Positions 8,939-16,490 of a stretch of 25,810 bases of DNA are shown in pieces (the first letter of the stretch is position 1; each line of letters opens with the position of its first letter). The translations under genes and the position numbers were made by a program. The DNA lies in contig DASZDV010000187.1 in NCBI GenBank assembly GCA_035941575.1, positions 1 to 25,810 of the forward strand. The letters run 5' to 3'. Under the pieces are notes generated by a model. That model was not told where the DNA came from, did not search any database, and worked only from the letters and a program-made list of their open reading frames with translations. Origin of the DNA: Pyrinomonadaceae bacterium. Lineage in GTDB: Bacteria > Acidobacteriota > Blastocatellia > Pyrinomonadales > Pyrinomonadaceae.

Positions 8939-8974
8939 GCCTCGTTGCTATCGCAAGTAGCGACGAGGCTTTTT
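8939..8974 (+). terminator. Strong intrinsic terminator, + orientation
   Basis: GCCTCGTTGCTA / TAGCGACGAGGC 12-bp stem with one G-U, loop containing C(GCAA)G, followed by TTTTT. Confidence 0.8.
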
Positions 8975-9100
8975 ATCTTCGAGACCCGGGCGACGGTCCT
9001 GAAGTTAAAACGACCAAACCAGAAAAAAGTTACAAAGAATTGCTGGGAGACCTTGCGCTACTTTTGAAACACCGTCGCGCGACTAATTGTGGCGGGAGAA

Positions 9101-9147
9101 TAGAATCAATAGGTCCGATAAGACCTATTAGTCCAATAGGACCTATT
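9101..9147. repeat. 9-nt-periodic palindromic repeat
   Basis: TAGAATCAA TAGGTCCGA TAAGACCTA TTAGTCCAA TAGGACCTA. AATAGGTC (9108-9115) is the exact reverse complement of GACCTATT (9122-9129 and 9140-9147). Confidence 0.8.
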
Positions 9148-9634
9148 CCGGCGCTGTCTCGGTTGGCACGGCGCCGGAGACAGCATGAGGTTTTACTATT
9201 GGTGGCGACAGTAATCGTTGTGCATATCCTTCGGGAAAAGAGCGTACGCGGCCGTTTGAATCAGTGACAACATGTCCGGTCTCCCCTTCAGCGACGACCT
9301 GTCCCGTAGCTGCTCGAACGATTTCGTAGCCAAAGCGAAGTGAACGTTTACGTAATTCCGTAATGTGAGTACGAATTATTAGTTCATCGTCGTAATAGGC
9401 GGGCGCTTTGTAGCGGCAATAGGACTCGGCGACGACCAGAAACGCATCCTCGCTCTCCTCCATGTCGCGATAAGAAAAACCACGTGCGCGACAATAATCC
9501 GTTCGGCCTATTTCGAACCAGACCAGATAGTTGGCATAATAAACGATGCCCATCTTGTCCGTTTCGGCATACCGGACACGCAACATCGTCTCGTGCCAAA
9601 CGCCGAATGCATCATCAGGAGCGGGGCTTGTCAT
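9143..9634 (-). CDS. Acyl-CoA thioesterase, YbgC/4-HBT hot-dog family
   Basis: RVRYAETDKMGIVYYANYLVWFEIGR motif and CRYKAPAYYDDEL. Confidence 0.92.
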   Translation of the reverse strand: MTSPAPDDAFGVWHETMLRVRYAETDKMGIVYYANYLVWFEIGRTDYCRARGFSYRDMEESEDAFLVVAESYCRYKAPAYYDDELIIRTHITELRKRSLRFGYEIVRAATGQVVAEGETGHVVTDSNGRVRSFPEGYAQRLLSPPIVKPHAVSGAVPTETAPE

Positions 9635-9733
9635 CTGAACGAAACCTTCAACTCTTTCGAGTGCCCGAAGGAATGAGTCTCAAGTCGCATCAAGCTGTGA
9701 ACGTTTAGCGGACTATAAGAGTGAACCAACAAT

Positions 9734-11038
9734 ATGTCAAAGCAAATTAATCTCGGGCTGGCCCTATTGATCCTGGTCTGTCTATGTATCGGCAACCTGC
9801 CCACGCGAAGCCAGGCCCAGACCGGCGCGACCGGTACGGCCCGAAACGCCGCAATCATTTCAACCACCGACGCCGTGCTGAAAGAGACCAGCGAAATACG
9901 CGAACTCTCGATTCTGCGGGCTGTCAAAAGCGGCGCCCAGTCGCGTTCAGAGATTGAACGGATGATCATCAAAAACCTGGACAGCGACACCACGCCTGCC
10001 GAGATGCACGCGACTGAAGTACTCCTCCGCGTGTTCGGCCTGGCGCCCAGCGACTTCGCGTACCGCCCTTTTCTTATTAAATTACTTACAGAACAGGTTG
10101 CCGGCTACTACGATCCAAAGGTCCAGCAATTCTATCTTGCAGATTGGATCGAGTTGGAAGGCCAGAAGCCTGTGATGGCCCACGAACTCACGCACGCCTT
10201 GCAGGACCAGCACTTTAATCTGAAGCGTTTTGAAAAGTGGCCCAAGGGCGACTCAGATGCCGAGCTCGCAGCCCACGCCTTAATCGAAGGCGACGCGACG
10301 CTCGCGATGACGCTTTACATGGCGAAGCATCCGCTCGTTGCCCTCGCTTTTATTCGCAGTTTGGGAACACAGGAGACTGCTTCCGAACAGTTCAAGCGAG
10401 CGCCACGCGCGCTGCGCGAGTCGTTACTGTTTCCTTACGAAGCAGGATCCACCTGGGCCACACAGGTCTACCGCCGCGGCGGCTGGGACATGGTTTCGAA
10501 GGCCTTCACGAAGTTGCCACAATCCAGCGAGCAGATCATGCATCCGGAAAAGTATTTCGCGTACGAAGCTCCATTAAAGGTCGTTTTGCCGGATCTGAAA
10601 CCGTTGCTTGGCCCAACCTGGAAACGGCTTGATAGCGACGTCAACGGCGAGTGGGGCTGTTATTTAATTCTTGACGAGTTTCTCGATAGCGCAGGCGAGT
10701 CGAAAAGAGCCGCTGCGGGTTGGGGCGGGGACCAGTTCGCATTGTATGAGGGAGCGAATCCGGCAGACGTCTTCGTAGCGCAGTTCACGGCCTGGGACAC
10801 TGCCGTTGATGCGCGCGAATTCTTTGACGCTTACTTAAAGCGAACGTGGATCCGCTATCCCGATGCGAAGACCGGCGAAGTCGCTTCGACGACTGAACGC
10901 GGCGAACGTCATGAGTGGAAGTCTGCCGACGGCCGCGGCGTGGTAGAGTTGCGTGGTTCGCGAGTGCTGATCCTCGAGGGAATACCAGGAAAGACCAACA
11001 CAACGGCCTTACTTAACCGGATCTGGCATCAGGATTAA
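9734..11038 (+). CDS. Secreted putative zinc metallopeptidase (HEXXH...E)
   Basis: Signal peptide, VAGYYDP, AHELTHALQDQHF, downstream ALIEGDAT, P.SSEQIMHPEKY and AAAGWGGD. Confidence 0.75.
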   Translation: MSKQINLGLALLILVCLCIGNLPTRSQAQTGATGTARNAAIISTTDAVLKETSEIRELSILRAVKSGAQSRSEIERMIIKNLDSDTTPAEMHATEVLLRVFGLAPSDFAYRPFLIKLLTEQVAGYYDPKVQQFYLADWIELEGQKPVMAHELTHALQDQHFNLKRFEKWPKGDSDAELAAHALIEGDATLAMTLYMAKHPLVALAFIRSLGTQETASEQFKRAPRALRESLLFPYEAGSTWATQVYRRGGWDMVSKAFTKLPQSSEQIMHPEKYFAYEAPLKVVLPDLKPLLGPTWKRLDSDVNGEWGCYLILDEFLDSAGESKRAAAGWGGDQFALYEGANPADVFVAQFTAWDTAVDAREFFDAYLKRTWIRYPDAKTGEVASTTERGERHEWKSADGRGVVELRGSRVLILEGIPGKTNTTALLNRIWHQD

Positions 11039-11048
11039 CGCCGAAAAC

Positions 11049-12683
11049 ATGAAAAAGTCTGACGCCACTCAACAAACGCCCACGCGTCTACGCGAACTTA
11101 CTGATGAACTCCAGAGACTCGAAGCCCGCCTGCGGCTTGGCGGTGGTCCCGATAAGATCGATCGCCAGCATCAACAGGGCAAGCTAACAGCGCGCGAACG
11201 AATCGAAAAGCTCCTTGATAAAGACTCGTACGTGCAGGAGATCGGATTACTTGTCGCCTACGATCAATATGACGGTGGGGCGCCGGCCGCCGGTGTTGTG
11301 ACTGTCGTTGGACGTGTTGAGGGCAGGGAAGTCGTCGTAGTTGCGAACGACGCGACAGTGAAAGCGGGTTCGTGGTGGCCTGAAACGATCAAGAAGATTC
11401 TGCGAGCGCAGGAGATCGCGATGCGTTCGCGCGTGCCAATCATCTACCTGGTCGATTCCGCCGGAGTCAACCTGCCGTATCAGGGTGGCGTGTTCCCGGG
11501 CCAGTACGGCGCGTCGCGCATCTTCTACTACAACTCGATCATGCGGCACTATCTGAAAGTTCCGCAGATCTCAGCAGTGATGGGACCATGCATCGCAGGC
11601 GGCGCTTATCTGCCAGCGCTGTCCGACATCATCATCATGGTCGAGAACACGTCGTTCATGGGGCTGGGCGGCGCAAACCTCGTTAAAGGCGCCACCGGCC
11701 AGACGATCGACAACGAGACGCTCGGCGGTGCGCGCACGCACAACGAGCTCTCAGGCGTCGCCCATTATCGCGTACCGGATGATCAGACCTGCATCGACAA
11801 GATTCGTGAGTTTATTTCCGAACTCCCAAAACCAAACTGCGCTGTCGCCCCTGGACCATCGAATAAGGCGCTCCGGCCTGCAGACGAACTTTACGAAATC
11901 ATTCCCGAAGATCATCGCCAACCGTACGACGCAAGAAAGTTACTCGAGTGCTTGCTCGACGACGGTCGTCTCGACGAGTTCCAAGCTGACTACGCGAAGG
12001 AAATGATCACAGGTCACGCGCGTATTCGTGGCATACAGGTTGGCGTGATCGCGAATCACCGCGGCATGGTGCGAGCGCCCGGCGGCAAGCCTCCACGCTT
12101 CGGTGGCATCATTTACACAGAGTCTGCGGAGAAAGTCGCTTACTTCATCGAGACATGCAATCGTCATCGAACACCATTGCTGTTCGTGCAGGATGTTTCC
12201 GGTTTCATGGTTGGATCAGACGCCGAGCATTCGGGAATCATTCGTGCCGGCGCGAAGTTCGTTGAAGCGATGGCGACGGCGCTCGTGCCCAAGATTGTGT
12301 TGACTGTGAACCATGCGTCAGGCGCCGGCTACTACGCGATGGCCGGGCAAGGTTTCGATCCTGACTTCATTTATAGTTGGCCCACCGGACGGATGGGAGT
12401 GATGGAAGGTGACTCCGCAGTGCAGGCAGTATTTGGCAGTCAACTGGAGAAGTTAAAGAAGAACGGCCAAACTCCCGATGCGGCGCTGAAGGCGGAGATG
12501 GACAAAGTACGCGAGACTTACGATCAAGAACTCGATGCGAAATACGCCGCAGCGCGCGGATTTGTCGATGCCGTGATCGTGCCCGAATACACTCGCGACG
12601 CTCTCGAACTTTCGCTTCGCACCAGCGAGAATTACTCAGGACCACACGTCGGTCAATTTGTTTTACCTGCAAACCTCGTTTAA
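11049..12683 (+). CDS. Acyl-CoA carboxylase carboxyltransferase beta subunit (methylcrotonyl-/geranyl-CoA carboxylase type)
   Basis: GKLTARERIEKLLD, VANDATVKAG, IYLVDSAGVNL, VMGPCIAGGAY, LGGARTH..SGV, QDVSGFMVG and GAGYYAM. Confidence 0.93.
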   Translation: MKKSDATQQTPTRLRELTDELQRLEARLRLGGGPDKIDRQHQQGKLTARERIEKLLDKDSYVQEIGLLVAYDQYDGGAPAAGVVTVVGRVEGREVVVVANDATVKAGSWWPETIKKILRAQEIAMRSRVPIIYLVDSAGVNLPYQGGVFPGQYGASRIFYYNSIMRHYLKVPQISAVMGPCIAGGAYLPALSDIIIMVENTSFMGLGGANLVKGATGQTIDNETLGGARTHNELSGVAHYRVPDDQTCIDKIREFISELPKPNCAVAPGPSNKALRPADELYEIIPEDHRQPYDARKLLECLLDDGRLDEFQADYAKEMITGHARIRGIQVGVIANHRGMVRAPGGKPPRFGGIIYTESAEKVAYFIETCNRHRTPLLFVQDVSGFMVGSDAEHSGIIRAGAKFVEAMATALVPKIVLTVNHASGAGYYAMAGQGFDPDFIYSWPTGRMGVMEGDSAVQAVFGSQLEKLKKNGQTPDAALKAEMDKVRETYDQELDAKYAAARGFVDAVIVPEYTRDALELSLRTSENYSGPHVGQFVLPANLV

Positions 12684-12761
12684 CCGCCATACTAAGGTTG
12701 AGATCCGCCGCTGCGAGTGGTACAAGATCCTTGTTCCCTCCGAGTTTTAAGTAAAAACCCC

Positions 12762-12786
12762 TGAACATTCACAAAGGTCCGGCGTG
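12762..12786 (+). promoter_or_regulatory. Putative ECF-sigma promoter
   Basis: TGAAC (12762-12766), 16-nt spacer, CGTG (12783-12786), matching the AAC-N16-CGT geometry of many ECF promoters. Confidence 0.4.
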
Positions 12787-12829
12787 AACCAGCGATGTTC
12801 TGCGCCGCCACGAACACGGGAGGAAATCC

Positions 12830-13801
12830 ATGGGCAAGAGAATGGCACGTTCAGTGTTGGTTCTTACCACGCTGGCCTTTTCGCTAATCGTGGGTGACAT
12901 CTTAGTGTTGGCTACACAAGATCCACCCAACCCACCTGCGCCACAGACGCAGACCAAAACAGCCAAGCCACGGCCAATAAAGAAACCTCGTGGCAAAGTG
13001 ACCACGACAACCGGCGATCAGACTGCACCCGCGCAAACTGAAACTCCGGCACAAACGGAAACGCCTGCGCAACCCACTACTCCGGCGCAAATGCCGGCAC
13101 AGACCACGGCAGCTCGCATGACGCCGACAGAGCAACCTGATCTTTCTGGCACGTACGCGGGCACATTCATGTGCGACCCACTGGGATTAACCGGTGACAC
13201 CACTCTTACGATCACCGGCAATCAATTCACCACCGCGGATGGCAAGACGGGCCGCATAGTCGCTTCGAAAACCGGAGGTTACACAGCGGTCGCACTTCAG
13301 ACCGGAGAGCTCTCAACGACAGCTACGGCTACCGGTGCACCGGCTACGCCGCCGGCAATTGTTTCGTTGCGTGCGCGCAAGTCAGGTAATCGTTTGATAT
13401 TGACCTCAGCGCCAGGAGCGACAATGCAGTGTTCGTTTACTCCGACGCGTAACGTCGCGCGAAGTCGTCGTTCAAGACAACGCACACCGGCGGCAACGGG
13501 AACTGAAGTATCAGCTCCGGCGACGATGCCGAGTCCGACAACAACACCGCCAAAGGAAACTCCGATTCCGAGTCAAACTCCGAGCCCGGAGCCAACGCCG
13601 CGGCCGAGTCCAACCCCAAATCCGAGTCCGGCGCCAAGTCCGACTCCAAGCGGTACTCCGAGTCCGGAGCCAAGTCCGAGCCCAAATCCGAGTCCGACAC
13701 CAAGCGGTAGTCCGAGTCCTGAACCGGCTCCAACTGCAACGCCAAATCCGACTCCGAGTCCGAGCCCGAGTCCCAGTCCAGCTCGTCCGCGAGGGCAATA
13801 G
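12830..13801 (+). CDS. Secreted Pro/Thr/Ser-rich hypothetical protein with a central beta domain
   Basis: GGAGG SD, N-terminal hydrophobic segment, PAQTET repeats, a core starting [12 protein letters not shown], and a long (PS/PT)n C-terminal tail. Confidence 0.8.
   Translation: MGKRMARSVLVLTTLAFSLIVGDILVLATQDPPNPPAPQTQTKTAKPRPIKKPRGKVTTTTGDQTAPAQTETPAQTETPAQPTTPAQMPAQTTAARMTPTEQPDLSGTYAGTFMCDPLGLTGDTTLTITGNQFTTADGKTGRIVASKTGGYTAVALQTGELSTTATATGAPATPPAIVSLRARKSGNRLILTSAPGATMQCSFTPTRNVARSRRSRQRTPAATGTEVSAPATMPSPTTTPPKETPIPSQTPSPEPTPRPSPTPNPSPAPSPTPSGTPSPEPSPSPNPSPTPSGSPSPEPAPTATPNPTPSPSPSPSPARPRGQ
13529..13780 (+). repeat. Intragenic low-complexity repeat encoding the Pro-Ser/Pro-Thr tail
   Basis: Many CCGAGT(CC) units. 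CCAAGCGGTA recurs at 13646 and 13700, a 54-nt period. Confidence 0.8.
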
Positions 13802-13813
13802 TGTTCTCCCGCG

Positions 13814-13854
13814 ATCTGTGTTATCTGTGTCTACTGGACGCAGATAACACGGAT
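13814..13854. repeat. 18-bp inverted repeat with internal 9-nt period, overlapping the next start codon
   Basis: ATCTGTGTTATCTGTGTC - TACTG - GACGCAGATAACACGGAT. On the + strand RNA it is fully paired with two G-U. Confidence 0.9.
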
Positions 13855-15220
13855 GAAAGAAAAAATTCGGATTGCAGCCGGACAAGGCTTCTGGGGAGAT
13901 CTTCCTGATGCGCCCGTGCGCCAGGTTGAAGGTGGACCAATCGATTACCTGATGCTCGACTATCTGGCGGAAGTCACGATGTCGATCATGCAGAAGCAGA
14001 AGGCGCGAGACCCAAACGCAGGCTACGCTCGCGATTACATCCCGCTGATGAAGCGGATCCTGCCCGCCTGCGTCCAGCGCAACATCAAGGTCACTGCGAA
14101 TGCAGGCGGTGTGAATGTACGCGGTTGTGCAAACGCGCTGATCGAAGTTGCGCGCGAACTCGGACTCTCGGGAAAAGTACGGATCGGAATCGTCACTGGC
14201 GACGACATCATGCCGCGACTCGACGATCTGCTTACCCGCGGGATCGAATTGCGCAACATGGATACTGACGAACCGCTTTCAACCGTACGCGACTCGATCC
14301 AGAGTGCAAATGCTTACCTCGGAGCCGCGCCCATCGTGGACGCGTTGAATCAGGGAGCGCAGTTTGTCATCACCGGCAGGGCGACCGATACGGGACTCAC
14401 TTTGGCGCCGATGATTCACGAGTTCGGGTGGGCCGCTGACGACTGGAATCGTCTGGCAGCAGGCACGATTGCGGGCCACATCATCGAGTGCGGCGCACAG
14501 GCTTCCGGTGGGAATTGCCAGTATGAGTGGCGCAGTATTCCTAACCTCGCCGATGTAGGTTTTCCGATCGTTGAAGCGGCGGCTGACGGGACTTTTGTGG
14601 TGACCAAACATGAGGGCACGGGTGGCTGGGTAAATGTTCCATCGATCAAGGAACAGTTGGTCTACGAAATGGGCGATCCCCGAGAGTACATCACACCTGA
14701 CTGTGTTGCAGACTTCACTACAGTCCGGTTGAAACCCGAGGGGCATGATCGTGTTCGTGTTTATGGTATTGAAGGACGTCCCGCTACGGAGTTCTTGAAA
14801 GTCTCGATCAGTTATTCGGCGGGGTTCAAAGCAGTCGGGACATTAGTCTACGCGTGGCCGGATGCATACGAGAAGGCTCAGGCGGCAGACAAGATACTGC
14901 GTGGGCGTCTCGAGCGGTTGGGATTGCGTTTCGAATACATGTTAGCGGAGTTTGTCGGCGTTAATGCGACGCATGGACCACTGGCTGGTCCGCCGCGAGC
15001 AGATATTCCCGAGGTGCAGTTGCGCGTCGGCGTGCGAGGTCAGGACCGCAGCGCGATCGAGCGATTCACGAAAGAGATTGCGCCGTTGATTCTGACTGGT
15101 CCACCGGCCGTAACGGGTTTTGCAGGCGGCCGTCCGAAAGTGGAGGAGATTGTCGCTTACTGGCCGGCGTTAATTCCGAAGACTGAGATAAATCCGACTG
15201 TCGAGGTGCTCGAGGCGTGA
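13853..15220 (+). CDS. Acyclic terpene utilization AtuA-family protein (DUF1446), large N-terminal part
   Basis: [76 protein letters not shown] and EVQLRVGVR. Confidence 0.88.
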   Translation: MKEKIRIAAGQGFWGDLPDAPVRQVEGGPIDYLMLDYLAEVTMSIMQKQKARDPNAGYARDYIPLMKRILPACVQRNIKVTANAGGVNVRGCANALIEVARELGLSGKVRIGIVTGDDIMPRLDDLLTRGIELRNMDTDEPLSTVRDSIQSANAYLGAAPIVDALNQGAQFVITGRATDTGLTLAPMIHEFGWAADDWNRLAAGTIAGHIIECGAQASGGNCQYEWRSIPNLADVGFPIVEAAADGTFVVTKHEGTGGWVNVPSIKEQLVYEMGDPREYITPDCVADFTTVRLKPEGHDRVRVYGIEGRPATEFLKVSISYSAGFKAVGTLVYAWPDAYEKAQAADKILRGRLERLGLRFEYMLAEFVGVNATHGPLAGPPRADIPEVQLRVGVRGQDRSAIERFTKEIAPLILTGPPAVTGFAGGRPKVEEIVAYWPALIPKTEINPTVEVLEA

Positions 15221-15561
15221 GAGTGCAACTGACAAAATTGGCCCATGCGCGTTCGGGCGATAAGGGCGACACTGCGAATGTTGGCCTGATTGCGTTGCGT
15301 GACGACGCTTATCCGATTTTGGTGCGTGAGGTCACGGCCGCGCGCGTGAAGGAGCACTTTCATGGCGTCTGCAAGGGCGAAGTGGAGCGGTTCGAATTGC
15401 CGAATCTCGGCGCGCTGAATTTCCTGTTGCATGAGAGTCTTGGTGGCGGCGGTACGTTATCGCTGATGACCGATGCGCAGGGAAAAACGTTCTCGACTGC
15501 GCTGTTGCGGATGGAGATCGAGGTCTCTGACGACGAAGCAAGAAGGCTCGAGTTGAATTGA
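15217..15561 (+). CDS. Small AtuA C-terminal-like protein
   Basis: [47 protein letters not shown]; GTGA overlap with the preceding stop. Confidence 0.85.
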   Translation: MRVQLTKLAHARSGDKGDTANVGLIALRDDAYPILVREVTAARVKEHFHGVCKGEVERFELPNLGALNFLLHESLGGGGTLSLMTDAQGKTFSTALLRMEIEVSDDEARRLELN

Positions 15562-16335
15562 ATGGTTGATGAGCAGCCAGTCCTCTATTCAGTTGAAGGT
15601 GCGGTCGCACGCATCACACTTAATCGTCCGGAAAAACGAAACGCGCTGAATCCCGCAATTATCGCCGGCCTTAAGAACAGTCTGCGCGAAGCTTCAGTCG
15701 ACGAGCGAGTTAGAGTTGTTGTGATCACCGGCGCTGGGAAGGATTTCTGTTCAGGTGCGGATTTGTCGGTCCTCCAGCAGATCGCCACTGCGTCAGTCGC
15801 TGAGAACAGCGAAGACGCTCGCACGCTGCTCGATTTGTTCGTGTTAATCCGTCAAATCCCTGTTCCCGTAGTCGCCGCAGTGAGAGGCCGCGCTCTAGCG
15901 GGCGGGTGCGGTTTAGCCACCGCCTGCGATCTAGTGCTTGCTGCGCAGTCTGCGCGTTTCGGTTATCCGGAAGTAAAGATCGGCTTCGTGCCGGCGATGG
16001 TGATGGCAATTCTGCGTCGCAACGTCTCGGAGAAATGCGCTTTTGAACTTCTTACCCGAGGAGCGGAGATCAGTGCCGAGGAAGCGCAGGAGTTTGGCCT
16101 GGTGAACAAGGTCTACGCGGATGAGAGCTTTGATGATGACGTAGCGCTCTACGTGAATGAATTTGAAAAACTAAGCCGCTCGGCAGTCGCGCTCACCAAA
16201 CGCCTCCTCTATCAAATCGATGGTTTGTCTTTCGTTGACGCTCTTGAAACCGGCGCTGACGTAAATGTGATCGCCAGGCTCACCCGAGATTGCCAGGAAC
16301 GTGTTGCCGGATTTCTCAGTAAAAACCGCAGTTAG
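15562..16335 (+). CDS. Enoyl-CoA hydratase/isomerase (crotonase) family, LiuC/AtuE-like
   Basis: ITLNRPEKRNAL, FCSGADL, PVVAAVRGRALAGGCGLATACD and RFGYPEVKIG. Confidence 0.92.
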   Translation: MVDEQPVLYSVEGAVARITLNRPEKRNALNPAIIAGLKNSLREASVDERVRVVVITGAGKDFCSGADLSVLQQIATASVAENSEDARTLLDLFVLIRQIPVPVVAAVRGRALAGGCGLATACDLVLAAQSARFGYPEVKIGFVPAMVMAILRRNVSEKCAFELLTRGAEISAEEAQEFGLVNKVYADESFDDDVALYVNEFEKLSRSAVALTKRLLYQIDGLSFVDALETGADVNVIARLTRDCQERVAGFLSKNRS

Positions 16336-16389
16336 GTCCCCAAGCCCTACTCTCCCCTCCATTTTCTCCGACCTAAACCTAAAAATTCG

Positions 16390-16418
16390 TTGACTTTTCC
16401 TCAACTTAGGGGCATAAC
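16390..16418 (+). promoter_or_regulatory. Putative sigma70-type promoter for the TonB-dependent receptor
   Basis: TTGACT (16390-16395), 17-nt spacer, CATAAC (16413-16418). Confidence 0.5.
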
Positions 16419-16490
16419 GGGCGCGCATCTCTTAGCTTTTAAGCCCTAAACAACACGTCCCGTCCTTTGTACCCCGAAAGGAGCTTTCCA

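Noticed and set aside
8925-8940. CTGATGA(C) on the minus strand suggesting a hammerhead ribozyme or fluoride riboswitch
   Set aside because: No following stem II plus GAAA core, and no upstream GGnGAUGG segment.
8899-9267. 122-aa and 63-aa + strand ORFs across the TPR-thioesterase spacer
   Set aside because: No SD, they run through a strong terminator and a repeat, and the longer one overlaps the thioesterase antisense.
13529-13780. CRISPR-like array
   Set aside because: Repeats are codon-level and in frame within a Pro-rich CDS, with no unique spacers and no cas genes.
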